NCBI GenBank assembly: GCA_034780895.1
Contig: JAUZTB010000127.1
Span: 17,703,532-17,767,531, forward strand
Length of the DNA: 64,000 nucleotides
Direction of reading: 5' to 3'
Source of the DNA: Rhynchobatus australiae
Lineage: Eukaryota
Below are positions 37,501-49,450 of this stretch, in pieces (positions within the stretch are counted from its first letter, which is position 1; every line of letters begins with the position of its first letter). Under the pieces are notes generated by a model. The model saw nothing but the letters and a program-made list of their open reading frames with translations. It was not told where the DNA came from and searched no databases. Both the position numbers and the translations under genes were made by a program.

Positions 37501-40084
37501 CCTACCTACCTACCTTACCCCCTCACCTGGACTGAATGTCACTTGCCTGCATGTGCTGCTCCCCCTCCCCCCACTTTCTTATTCTGGCTTCTGCCCTCTT
37601 TCCAGTCCTGATGAAGAAATGGAATTGACTGCATCCTGGGAAAATGACCTGACCTTTAAGTCTTTCCTCAGCTTTGGCATGAAATGAAGCTTTAGGTGTG
37701 ACAGATCATTCCGGAGTGTGCTGGGATCTGCTTGTAAGGTTTTAACATATAGATTCAATTGCATGCTTTGAACAGTGACTCTTTGTTTCTGGTAAAGAAG
37801 CAGATTAAAACTTCAGAATGATGTTACTCAGGATTGTTGTCATTTGATTTTCAGTCAATGTACAAATCTTAATTATTGGTTTCCTCACATGGAAGTAAGG
37901 GTTTCTTATGAGGTGCATCTCAGTTTGAAGAATACCACAAATAAAAATAACCCACCTCTGAGACAGACTAATGAATAATTGTGTAATAAGATATTCTACG
38001 CTATGGTGGGTAGGAAAATCAAAAGACAGTTGTGATTTTGAGACCTTATTTCTGAGAAATATCCTGAGAAAAATACTCAGCAGAAGTCATGAGCTAAACT
38101 GCCTAGAAGCAGATGCAAAGCTGCCATTGTACTTGGAGGTGGTCACTTGATGTAGTGGTGAAAGGGCTCATTATGTTTTCTTACAAATACAACTCATTTT
38201 TTATCAGAATAAACACAAGAAAACAAAAAAAGTTGAGAATTCGGAAGTTCCAACTGACCTACCATCATCTCAGGTTACTAATGACCTTGTAGAAGCAGTC
38301 GAAGAAAACTCAGAAAACATAAAACTCAGAAAACATGCTGACCAGAAACATTGTGCAGAAGAAGAAATACCACAACTGGTTCCTATTGAAGAACAAACAC
38401 CTGCAAAGAAAGCAAAATTGCAAGTATGTTGTATCATTGTCATAGATTTTCTTTCTGCTTTCCCTCTTGGAGTTAATCATGCCCTTGCATAACGTCCCTG
38501 TGTACAAATACCATTGGCTTGTTCACTATGAATTATAAATTGTGTGTCTATGTGTTTGGCTTGCTTGTCCGGGTAGTCGGTGTGAAATAGACAAAGCAAG
38601 AGAAGTAAAATTAAAGAAACGTGAACGGGGCAACAACAGTGTGGTGGAGTGGCACAAGGGAAGTGCAGAGCAAAAATTAGAGAAAAGACAGAGAGAAGAA
38701 AGAAAATTACAGAGCATAAAGGAGCATAAATGCAGGCAGAAGTGGAGGAGAAGGAGGCAGAGAGAATAAGACTGGAAAAACGATGGTCGGGGAGTGAGAG
38801 AGAGGCATAGAGAGAAAGATTGAGAAAGGAGGTGATTTAGGGTGAGGGAAGCATCATGGAGAGGGACAGACAAATGGAAGAGAAACTGAAGATTGATAGA
38901 TATTTTGGGATCGAGGGAGGACGCAGTATATGGGCAGAACTACAGAAACAAAGGATCAACTAGAGCGAGAGGAGGTTTGGAGCTAAAGTCACTGTGACCA
39001 GGCAAAATGTGTAGACATGGCAACAGGCAGGACAGAAAACAAACAGAACCAAAGAAAGAGAGTAACATGCAGAGGAAGAAGGAATGGTACAAATTGGATT
39101 GCTCTGCTGGGCACCAACAAGGACCCAATAGGACAAATAGCCTCCCATGTTAACAAAAGACAGAAATCGTGAATAGGAGGAAAGGAAATAAGTATGAGAA
39201 TATGGAAGAAGGGTGCAATATATTGAGAGGTTGGGCACAAGATGGAGTGTGAAATAAAGGAGTGTGCAAATCATCATCAAGAGTACTAAACAATGAGTTA
39301 ATTCAGTAGTTAGTGCAGCTCTCACGTTGAAGGATTTTTTGCCAAAGTGGCGCCCTGCAGAATACACTTGAATGTTTATAAAGTTAGCAGAAGCCAAGCA
39401 AATTTTTAGTTGATTTGATTCTGCTAACAGTGAAGAGCTGAAAATTGACAGAATTTTAATTGTTCTCCCTTATATGAGCATGTGATTTTTGTGTGCCACA
39501 AGGATACTTCACTGTGAGGCTTTATTAATTTAAAGTGAATTACTTGCCATTTATGGAAATTGGATCTCATTACAAAACTACACTGCTGTTTTTTTTCCTN
39601 NNNNNNNNNNNNNNNNNNNNNNNNNNNNNNNNNNNNNNNNNNNNNNNNNNNNNNNNNNNNNNNNNNNNNNNNNNNNNNNNNNNNNNNNNNNNNNNNNNNT
39701 TTTTCCTGTTTCACATCATATTTGTTTCTTACTTCTATTTGGTATTTTTTTGCTGAGTAGGAATTGCAAGGAGAAAGCCACAGCACACCAAAGGCAGTTG
39801 ATGAAAATGAGACCCCAGCTGGTAAGAAATCACTGCAAATAAAATGCAAAAAAACACAGAAAACACCTAACAAAAATCCAGAAAGTCTAAAACTGCATAC
39901 TCCAGGGAAAAAAGAGAAAGGCCTTGAGACACCAAAACCAGAAGTGAAAAATAATGATTCCTCTTTGGAGAAAAGTGCACGAAAGAAAACAGCTAAAAAA
40001 CATGAGAGGAAGTCGCTGGGAATCCCAAAAACAATGAAAACGCCCAAAAAGAGACAAAAGCAAAAGATTCCACAGTCTGTATGA
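24206..40084 (+). CDS. RSL1D1: Ribosomal L1 domain-containing protein 1 (CSIG), complete, 9 exons, 437 aa
   Basis: join(24206-24229,27073-27212,31554-31692,32772-32920,34037-34138,35983-36076,37083-37208,38208-38423,39761-40084) = 1314 nt, open frame. Motifs [59 protein letters not shown] and a Lys-rich tail. Downstream of GSPT1 as in other vertebrates. Confidence 0.95.
24540..24720 (+). mobile_element. Same inverted-terminus repeat family, short copy in RSL1D1 intron 1
   Basis: gggtctcgacccgaaatgtcgactg ... tccacagatgctgc ... ttcctccagc ... ccagattctgcag. Confidence 0.7.
25075..25265 (+). mobile_element. V-SINE fragment
   Basis: ggagattgcacgctctccctgtg ... gggtttccctgggtgttcctgtttcctcccacatccc. 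Confidence 0.6.
26077..26274. mobile_element. Tc1/mariner (Tigger/pogo-type) MITE
   Basis: TA|CAGGTCCTCCC ... GGGAGGACCTG|TA: perfect 11-bp TIR with TA target duplication. Confidence 0.75.
26310..26895 (-). mobile_element. Rex1/Babar-like LINE 3' end, interrupted by a 57-bp inverted insertion
   Basis: (agaatc)n tail; minus strand reads ILTD*ITAWYG. Confidence 0.6.
27073..27212 (+). CDS. RSL1D1: RSL1D1 exon 2 ([11 protein letters not shown]...QQTIK)
   Basis: caccag| ... |gtaagt; 140 nt. Confidence 0.93.
28545..28597. repeat. (CA)n microsatellite
   Basis: Read directly; adjoins a gap. Confidence 0.95.
29970..31075 (-). mobile_element. CR1-type LINE 3' fragment (related copy at 61570-62660)
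   Basis: gcccatccctaa ... gatggtggtgagccacctcttgaactgctgcag tail; minus-strand HVGILPTC...TIQGKA remnants. Confidence 0.55.
31554..31692 (+). CDS. RSL1D1: RSL1D1 exon 3 (NLPHKIR...[10 protein letters not shown]...ITE)
   Basis: ttgcag| ... |gtaggc; 139 nt. Confidence 0.94.
32772..32920 (+). CDS. RSL1D1: RSL1D1 exon 4 ([21 protein letters not shown]...HFYKSK)
   Basis: tgttag| ... |gtaagt; 149 nt. Confidence 0.95.
34037..34138 (+). CDS. RSL1D1: RSL1D1 exon 5 (APLSVKL...NNKGSC)
   Basis: tttcag| ... |gtgagt; 102 nt. Confidence 0.93.
34710..35905. mobile_element. Inverted-terminus repeat family arms in RSL1D1 intron 5
   Basis: Left arm caggtcaggcagcacccgtgga near 34730; right arm gggtcattgacctgaaat ... 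tgctgagtgtttc ... atctgcag at 35800-35900. Confidence 0.55.
35983..36076 (+). CDS. RSL1D1: RSL1D1 exon 6 (ASQVAHTGM...KLPQ)
   Basis: tgttag| ... |gtatgt; 94 nt. Confidence 0.93.
37083..37208 (+). CDS. RSL1D1: RSL1D1 exon 7 ([12 protein letters not shown]...KKQKKT)
   Basis: ccacag| ... |gtaagt; 126 nt. Confidence 0.93.
37228..37616. mobile_element. Inverted-terminus repeat family copy in RSL1D1 intron 7
   Basis: tgctggagaaactcagcaggtcaggcagcatcc ... cagtcaacatttcgggc; ends with ccagtcctgatgaag. Confidence 0.65.
38208..38423 (+). CDS. RSL1D1: RSL1D1 exon 8 (NKHKK...[12 protein letters not shown]...KLQ)
   Basis: tatcag| ... |gtatgt; 216 nt, open frame. Confidence 0.88.
39761..40084 (+). CDS. 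RSL1D1: RSL1D1 exon 9 (Lys-rich tail with TP motifs, ...KIPQSV*)
   Basis: gagtag| acceptor; ORF 39764-40084; AATAAA at 40138, 40325, 40332 and 41165. Confidence 0.88.
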   Translation, partial: ELQGESHSTPKAVDENETPAGKKSLQIKCKKTQKTPNKNPESLKLHTPGKKEKGLETPKPEVKNNDSSLEKSARKKTAKKHERKSLGIPKTMKTPKKRQKQKIPQSV

Positions 40085-42559
40085 GTTTTACCCATGTATT
40101 TTTGAGTAGTGTAATTCTCTTTTATTCAAAAATTGCCAATAAATTCTTTACCATGACAGGTGACCTATTTGAAGAAACATTGTGTTTATTATAACTGTTT
40201 AAATGCACATGACAAAGTTCAATAATGTAAATGAGAGCTTTCATTGACCACACTGGTAACTATATAAAGCATCTCTAGTTTGACTTATTAGCATAGATAT
40301 CATCATCTGTGTATCTTTCATGGGAATAAAGAATAAATTAACTTACAATTTACTGTAAATATTTAAATTAAAGGGCACATAATCATTATAGTAACCAGAA
40401 ATATAATTTGAGCTTTATAGTGCCTTTATTTCTCTCCTTCTCCTTAGCATATCATATTTTCCTTAGTCCATCTGCCATTTTCTAACCAAGGGACATGGAT
40501 TTGGTATGTTTGTGTCATGCTCTGGATGATAATTGAATGTCTTTGTCCCCCATTTTGCCTCTTTGTCATTGTTGCTCCATAGAAGAGCAATTGACCGCAA
40601 TACAGCAGTCTTGCTGATGACTCATTAGAGACAAGTATTCATTGCGTAGAATGAATGACTGTAATCAAAACAATTGCCGAATTAGTGTCTTGACAAAGGA
40701 ATGACCAAAATGGCCAACTGTTCTTTAAATTTTAATTTCAACTAATGCTATGCATTGTAAAATTGTGCAAAAGCATTTCTCATTTTCTGTGTGACAGGTG
40801 AATCGGCAAGGCAGACTGTTAAATTTTAATGACACTTTAGTATAATAGGGAAATGCATTGCAAGAATTCTATTCAACTTCCAATGCATGAGAATTTAATT
40901 CAGTACTATTTAATGTATGCCCATATTAGTGTTGAATTTGGCTCATCCTCATTTGTCGTTACCCTGTGTGGAACGTTTGCCATGAGAACTGTCAATTGAN
41001 NNNNNNNNNNNNNNNNNNNNNNNNNNNNNNNNNNNNNNNNNNNNNNNNNNNNNNNNNNNNNNNNNNNNNNNNNNNNNNNNNNNNNNNNNNNNNNNNNNNC
41101 AATTGAAATGTAAACTCATGTCAGAACTTTGTTTATTAATAATATATTAGGCTTCCAGAAACCAAATAAAACTTTTTTAAATTGTAGCTTTGTAGTTTCA
41201 TGTCTTTGTGTTGTGTCTTGATTTTCTCAAGTAGCTGGGTGTATGTAAAGTATATCTCTGACATTTCTTGGAAGATTGAGTTGTGCATACTGGTATTTTT
41301 ACAGGTAAATTTGATTTGAATCTTTAATTTATTGATTAAGATGCATTTGTAAATATAAAAGTAATCAGAATATCTTCCATTGGAGGATTATATTTCCACA
41401 GACGAAGTAACTGCTTGTAAACTGAACCATACAAATCAAGGGGTCCCCAGTTTTATTTGGCCTCTTAGAGTTAAACCCATGGTCTAACTTGAGGGATATT
41501 AGGTGTACTGTTCTGATTTATCGTTCCTCTCTTGACCACTATCCAATGACTTCAGCTGGATGAGCATTGCAGATGAACATTGATTTGGGTGTGGGGGAGG
41601 GGGCGGTGAGGGGTAGCTTTTCAGGTCAAATGGCTTACCAAGGTTTGCTGTGAAAAATGCCAATTACAGAAGCTGCTGAAATGAGGTTACTGCTCATTTG
41701 ACAGATGTGTATAAAACTTGTCTTTGCCTGAAACTCTGACGTTAGAAGTGATGATTTAAGCAGTTGGTTAGTAAATGAATATAAAAACTTCAAATCCAAA
41801 TAGTAGGAACAGCTGGGTGCATTTTCTCCTAAGGATAAATTTACTAATTGCAATATTGACAAATGCTCTGTATTCTAAAGCCCATTTTGTTCATTCCTGG
41901 TGAGAGGTTGCTGTTTATAACTGAAACAAAAGACTCTTTTAGGGTCTCTTAGTTTATATCAGGTGTTATGATTTGGTTTCCGTTTATATTCAAGAAGCAA
42001 GTGTTTGTGATATTTCCTTTTTTTAATGTGGGATGTTCATAACGAAGAGAACTATAATTATTTAGCCCACACTTTTCTGCATTCCATGTAAGGTTAGCTA
42101 TGTTCTGGCAGTACCATATGTAGCTGTTACTAGTGCTCTCTTACAGCATAAACAATTATTCAAACACAAAGATTTCCTTGTACTTACTAGCTGTCACTAA
42201 TGAATAATTCTTTGTATGCAGCAGCAACTAAGGACCCTACTAAGAAATCAATCTTCAGTACCAACTACATAAAATGTACTAAGAGAATTGTCCAGACTTA
42301 AAAGTTGCTAAGGAAATGTCAAATGATACTCTCCTGATTTTTGACAACTCTAGGAAGTTATGTATACACGTGGGCAAAATAGCTCATCTTTCTACAGAGG
42401 ATCCAAAACTCTTCTTGGTGACTGATTAAAAGTAAATGTTCTAAAATCCCACGTGCTTGACAATAAATTATAGCATGACTTGGAAACCAGCAACATTGCA
42501 TAAGAAATGGAAATAATGACTTTAAGAACAGAAGGGGAATACTGACAGGCTATTTTATC

Positions 42560-45500
42560 CCCTCGAGCCTGACCCACTGTTCAATAAAGTCATGGCTGAT
42601 TGTTTTCTTAAGCACCACATTCTTGTACTAACCCCATGAGTCTCAATTCTTTAATTTCCAAAAGTGTATTGATCTCTGTTTTGAAAGCAAGCAGTGAATG
42701 GTAGAGAATTCCAAAGATTCCTCAACTTCTGGATGAAGAACTCTCTCAGCCCAGAATGACCTACCTATAATTTCTGAGGTGTCCAGTCAGGAAAAGCATC
42801 TATCCCTCCATCTATGTTTTGATAAGATTACCTCTCATTCTGCATTCTAAAGCATATCTTTCCCCTCCGAGAAATTAGTCTAGTGAACCTTTGTTGCACA
42901 CCCCTATCACAAATATATGCTTCCTTAGAGCAAGCAGACCTGAACACAATGTTCGGGGAACTCTTACTAAGGCTCTATATAATTTCAGTAAGGCACCTTC
43001 ATGCTTCTATTCAAATCCTCTTGTAATAAAGACCAATGTACCATTTGACATCCAAAATGCTTCCTGTACCTGCAGATTAACTGTCAGTAATTTCTGTCAA
43101 GGACCTCAGGTCCCTCTGAGCATCAACTTGTTTCATTCTTTCACAATTTAAAAATTACTGTTCTAGTTTTTTTTTCTGCCAAAGTGGATGACTTTGACTT
43201 CCCATTTTACCACACTGTGTGCCACCTGCCACATCACTGCCCTTTTACTTCACCCATCTATATATGCCCAAAGACTCTGTTTTCTTACAATTCTTGCTGC
43301 CACCAAGCTTTGTATTAGCAAACTTGGGGACGTTGTTCTTGGTCCCTTCATTCAAATCGTTGATCTATTTGGTGAACAGCTGGGGTCCCAGCATCCCACA
43401 AATCACAGTGTCCCATTCCAAAAATTATTCCTGCTCTCTTTTTCTGTCCGTTAACCAATCATCAATCCATGCCAGTATGGTGTGCTCTGATTTTTGTTTT
43501 AATAGATTCTTGTGGATGCTTTATAACCATTTTCTGGCATTCTTTAGATTCTGGAAGGGTTCCAATGATATTAGAGGGTAGCTACTGTAATCTTACTATT
43601 TTAAAAAGGTAGACAGAAAATAAGGAATTATAGACCAGTTAGCCTGACGGTGGTGGAGAAAATGCTAGAGTCCTTTACAAAAGATTAATAGCAGAGAACT
43701 TGGGGAAGAGGGACGGAATCGGATAAAGTCAACATGGATTTACAAAAGGAAAATCATACCTGTATTTTTTTCAGGATGTAACCAGCAGAATAGGTAAGGA
43801 CAAACCAGTGGATGTGGCATATCTGAATTTCCAGAAGGCTTTGGATAAAGTTCTGCATAAGAAATTAGTATGCAAAATTAAAGCATGTGGGATTGGGGAT
43901 AAAGTACTGACTTGGATAGAGAACTAGTTGGCTGGTAGGAAACAAAAGGTTAGAAATAAATGAGTCTCTTTTTGAATGGCAGGCGGTGGACTAGCAAGAT
44001 ACCAATGAAATCAGTACTGGGATCCCAGCTATTCACAATACATATAGCAGTTAATTCCCTCATCTAAATCATTGATATCTCCAAGTTTGCAGACGATACA
44101 AAGTTGGATGAGTGAGTTAGGAGGAGGATCCAGGGAGGTGAGGGATTGGGCACAGAAGATGCAGTAGAATGTGGATAAATGTGAGGTCATCCACTTTGAT
44201 GTTGATAACAAGATGGCAGATTATTATCTGAATGGCAATAGATTAGAAAACGGAAGGTACAATGAGACCTAGGTGCACCAGTCAATGAGGGTAAGCATGC
44301 TGGTGGCTGAGCATATTTCTACTTTACCATTCATAATGGTAATGAGATGATCTGAGAACAGGAGATAAGATATATAAGATATTTATTTATTAGTCACATG
44401 TACATGGAAACACAGTGAAATGCATCTTTTTGCATTAAGAATGTGCTGGGGGCAGCCTGCAGGTTTCACCACTCTTCCAGCGCCAACGTAGCATTGAGCA
44501 TTTTTAAGACATTTAAGACTGAAATGAAGAAAAAATTCTTCTCCCAAAGAGAGGTGAACCTCTGAACTTCTGTACCATAGCAGTTGAATCCAAACCATAA
44601 AATATGTTTAAGAAGTTAGATATTGTTCTTAGAACTAGATGGATCAAGAGATATGAAGAGAAAGCAAAAGCATGTTTCAGACTTTGAAGGATCAGCCACG
44701 ATTGTATTGAATGGTGGAACAGGTTGGATCGACCATATTGCTTCCTCTTGCTCCTGTTTTTCTGTTTGTATGTTTCTACCTGATTGAAAACCTCCTGAAA
44801 GTCCAAATATTCTGCATCAGTTGGGTTGCCCTTNNNNNNNNNNNNNNNNNNNNNNNNNNNNNNNNNNNNNNNNNNNNNNNNNNAGAAAATTAACAGATTT
44901 GACAAAAATGACTTCACTTTAATAAATCCATGTTGATTCTACCAAATCTACTATTATTTTTTTCAACTTGGTATTGGTTTATTATTGTCACTTGTACCGA
45001 GGTAGAGCGAAAAACCTGTCTTGCATACCGTTTGTATAGATCAATTCATTACACAGTGCATTGAGGTAGTACAGGGTAAAACAATAACAGAACACAACGT
45101 GTCACAGCTACAGAGGAAGTGCAGTGCAGTGAGTGCAAGGTCATAACAAGGTAGATTGTGAAATCAAGAGCCCATTTTGTAGATTCCACTTATTGCCGGA
45201 CTAAATGGCCTGTTGATTCTTGCTCCCATCCATTCTGCAGGAATTTCTATAAAATGTCGTAAGATAACAACCTGTGCATCCACCTCTTTCAAACTTTTAC
45301 GATGCAAGTCATCCGGCCCTGAAGATTTATTGGCTTTCAGCCCTATTAACTCCTCCAATACTGATCCTTCACCAATGTTTCTTTTAGCTCCTCATTCATG
45401 CTAGACCTGTTTCCCACTATTTCCAGGATGTCTTTTTTTCATTGAAGACAGGCGTAAAATATTTCTCTGGTTAAATAAAATATGGTTAATTTCTCTGCCG

Positions 45501-45660
45501 TCCCCTTTACTCCCAATTTCATTTCTCCAGTTTCAATCTGAAAGGGACCCACATTAACTTTTAATCTGCATCTGCAGTCTCTAGTTTATCCACGTTAACT
45601 TTTTTCTAGTCTTTCCATTTTTACAGAAACATTTACAGTCCGCTTTTATCCTGGAATCGT
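42560..45660. mobile_element. Nested CR1 LINEs: minus copy (42560-43516 plus 44773-45660) interrupted by a plus copy (about 43517-44772)
   Basis: Minus strand: YLDFQEVFNQV, KANKSSGPDDLH. Plus strand: NYRPVSLT, DVAYLNFQKALDKV, SKFADDTKL. Rex/Babar-type tails near 44365 and 44970. Confidence 0.7.
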
Positions 45661-45999
45661 ATTCTACTCTATCACCTTCAGTGACTGAGTCTGGATCTAT
45701 TGTGATACGTCTTTAAGGTGTAGTTGTGAATTGTAGTGAACTGCCCCTTTTTACAGTAGATTATTTATTTAAGAATACCGTTTCACAGCACGAATTATGC
45801 AATCATATGTAACAGCTTGAAATGAAAGCGATCCTGCAAACTTGTCATCTCCACCTGTTTAAAGCATCTGAAAATGCATCCGGCAGATGTGTATNNNNNN
45901 NNNNNNNNNNNNNNNNNNNNNNNNNNNNNNNNNNNNNNNNNNNNNNNNNNNNNNNNNNNNNNNNNNNNNNNNNNNNNNNNNNNNNNNNNNNNNNATCTG

Positions 46000-48900
46000 A
46001 AAATGCATCCGGCAGATGTGTATTGACGTTTGCGATGCCCAGGAACACAGCGAATAGTTGATCTTTCATCATAATTTATTTCTCTGCGTTGAGTGATTAT
46101 TTGCAGAGCTGGCTTTATGTCGGGAAAGCGTATGTCAGCAGGCTGAAGCTGGTCTAAGTTCACTGGAGGCAAATGGTAGGGTACACGCAACTCTCCCACC
46201 AAATAAAAACACCTTCACTCAATTACAGCGTTGATCTCACGCCTCAGAATTCACCCCACCGACGTTATTTCTTCCAAAGGGTCCGCACCGTTTCGTGCTG
46301 CATGCAGCTCAGCTTTTCTTAAGGCTTAAACGATTGTAGTTTATTAGTAAGCCCCTACGTTGGTGGAGCAAACTATAATTTTCCCGAGCAGGATTTACAC
46401 AGGTTGTTATCTACCTGTGACCTTCGATGTGTGCAAACTGGACGTGTTGGGAAGAACTCAACCACAGCAGCTGCGTTAGTCACATTCTCGCAGGCGATGC
46501 CACGATATTTAATCAAGTGCACTCCGTGAATAGTGGTCAGCACATATCAAGAAATGTACACGACAAGCGGTGCTAGCTGACAGCTTGGTCACTAAACGAG
46601 ACTTTCTGGTGGGTTTTTGCTTTTTTTTTAAGCAATCCAAGAAGTCGAAGAAAACTTGCAAGTCGCAACACGCGTCTGAAACCAACCGATGCGAGGGGTT
46701 TTTGCTCCTTTGCTCCCCAGGTTAAGACCGCCCTGTCCACCTAGATGACTGCCCCCGCCCCCTCTCCGTTCGCAGAGGGTCACATTTCTGCCCCCACCCA
46801 TGAGCTTGCACCTCCCTGGTGTTCTTACTTTCTACGCTTAATTCTTCAAACTTACCTCGTCCACGGGGCTTCCTGTTCCCGATCCTCACACCACTAAGCT
46901 TCTGACCAACAAAGTTCTTCTTCCTGGCCCGCAGTTTACGTGTTCTCTCTCTTCACAAACTCTCCCCCATCTCCTTTAAATTTGCCGCCATCATCTCTCT
47001 CTTCACGCAGAAACCCCTTTGCCGCGCAGGCCTGGCAAACCATCACATCATCTACATCTTCCCTCAGCCGTATTTGAACCTATTACAGCCTCCCGAATTC
47101 CTGCCCAGACCTTCTCCCCCGAATCTGCCCCTGTCGCAGTACCGGTAAGGATTGTTATCATAATCACTAACGGCGTCCTGGGCGATTGTGACAAAGGTGA
47201 TCGAGCCCTTCTCTCCCTCCCTGACCTGTTTGCTGTGACAAAACCCACCTCCTCCTCCTCCTCCGTTGCCTCTACACGTAGTCCAGCTGGATATGACTTC
47301 ACTCACCCAGTTCCCTTCTTATCCATTTAGTTGTAGCCCAGAGAATCTCCTAAAGGACCTGCCTTCTTTCATTCCCGCATCACTTTGACCCTTCCACGGT
47401 CTTTAACTTGTTTGAAATCCCATTCCTTTGCTACTGATTCCTCTGTCTGGGAACTACAAAAGAGAACGAGTTTGCAAACTCGGTGTCCAATTTGACCATG
47501 AGAAAATCTTCAGGCAATATTTTTGCATCATCACTAGGACCACTCCATTGGCTGCCTTTATTTGCCACTAAACCTGACTTGTTCAAACGCGCTCTTGAGT
47601 TGGATCCCTCAATCTTTCTCTCCAAACTTGAGATCAAGCTACCTGTGTCCTGTCTCACAACAACATCCAAGCACTCAGTTAATTAAACCCTCAAACTCTC
47701 ATCGTGTTCTGAAATCCTTCCACGGTCTCTGTAAGTAACTCTCTGGGATACCTGTTTGCCTTCCATTCTGGTCTCTTGCTCATCCCCAAATATACTTTGG
47801 AGCTGAGCAAGGCCCCGCTCTGGAATTTCCTCCCTACATCTCTAGGTCTCTCTTCCCCCGTTTCCTCTGTCAATACCTCGCCGTGATGAAGCGGATGGTC
47901 ACCTGCCCTTACACCTTGTTATGTAGCTGGAGGGCAAAAGGCTGCAGGAAGCGCTTTAGGGCGATTTGCTTTATTAAACTCGCCATCACATAACCTGAGT
48001 TAGGACAGAACAATCCCTATAAACAAACTGTCGTTTATTATCCCGAGGAAGGAAAATCAATTTGCGAGCAAGCATCAATGGTTATTTTATTCAAGAGAAA
48101 ATAATTATTTTGTGGTGAGTGGAATATTCGTTAGTGAGGGGAAAAAACGTCACAATAATTATAACGGAAGTTGAAAGTAACCGGAATGGGTTCCAAGATT
48201 TACTTTCCTCGCCGTAAAACAAAGCCATTCTCTGACAGTCTGAATGGTGATTTTAGTCGTTGTGACACACGAGTGCGGCGCCTGATGAGTGAGCGCCTGG
48301 GCGACGGTGAGAGCGCCTCCTTTGGGGGTTGGCTCTCTCCTGTNNNNNNNNNNNNNNNNNNNNNNNNNNNNNNNNNNNNNNNNNNNNNNNNNNNNNNNNN
48401 NNNNNNNNNNNNNNNNNNNNNNNNNNNNNNNNNNNNNNNNNNNNNNNNNNNNNNNNNNNNNNNNNNNNNNNNNNNNNNNNNNNNNNNNNNNNNNNNNNNN
48501 NNNNNNNNNNNNNNNNNNNNNNNNNNNNNNNNNNNNNNNNNNNNNNNNNNNNNNNNNNNNNNNNNNNNNNNNNNNNNNNNNNNNNNNNNNNNNNNNNNNN
48601 NNNNNNNNNNNNNNNNNNNNNNNNNNNNNNNNNNNNNNNNNNNNNNNNNNNNNNNNNNNNNNNNNNNNNNNNNNNNNNNNNNNNNNNNNNNNNNNNNNNN
48701 NNNNNNNNNNNNNNNNNNNNNNNNNNNNNNNNNNNNNNNNNNNNNNNNNNNNNNNNNNNNNNNNNNNNNNNNNNNNNNNNNNNNNNNNNNNNNNNNNNNN
48801 NNNNNNNNNNNNNNNNNNNNNNNNNNNNNNNNNNNNNNNNNNNNNNNNNNNNNNNNNNNNNNNNNNNNNNNNNNNNNNNNNNNNNNNCGAAGTCCTGGTG

Positions 48901-49450
48901 CAGGGTCCGAACCCCAAACGTCGACAGTTCCTTTCCCTCGACAGATGCTGCTCGACCCGCTGCATTTCTCCAGTAGATTTTTTTTTATTGCTTGAAATCC
49001 TTCAATGCCTCATCTTCTCCGGACCTTCCCGCGCCGAGACGACAACTAGGTGGAGAGCTTACTACAAAATCTCGGCAAAAAAGTAATCAAGCCACTCCTC
49101 GTAGAGAGAAGAAAAATAACTGTTTCATGGGGCTGGGCTATATCGTTGTTTATCAGTTTCAGAAAGTGCTGCTTGCTTCAGTTAGCCTTAGACTGCGACG
49201 AACATTGAGAGGAAAATCAGTGAAGTATTCCCCCTCCAGAAGTTGCAACAAAGCGCAGACCGAACAAGTACAACAGATGGGAAGGAGACCAAAATATGTT
49301 CAGGGCAAGGGAGGGCAGGAGAGAGAGTATTTCTGACTGGACTGCGTGACATTGCACGCCCAAATCACCACAGATTTATCACACGTTAAATTACAACTGA
49401 TTCTATCTCGTCGTCAATATCCTCAGGCGTTTTCAGCCGCCTGCCTCTTT
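46000..49450. promoter_or_regulatory. CpG-retaining, promoter-like region with no assigned gene (part hidden by gap 48344-48887)
   Basis: CpG visibly more frequent than in the GSPT1 introns; ETS-like CGGAAGT at 48165; donor-like ACG|gtgaga near 48307. Confidence 0.45.
46790..47880 (+). mobile_element. Decayed L2 LINE (RT region and 3' end)
   Basis: ITNGVLGDCDKGDRALLSLPDL resembles the L2 RT motif VTNDIL..DKG..SLL.LLDL; 3' VLKSFHG and LWNFLP..L remnants. Confidence 0.6.

Noticed and set aside
39755-39760. GAGTAG tandem acceptor that would place a stop at the start of RSL1D1 exon 9
   Set aside because: GAG is rarely used as an acceptor and there is no evidence of use.
48281-48320. CTGATGA in a GC-rich context as a possible hammerhead
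   Set aside because: No GAAA half of the core downstream.
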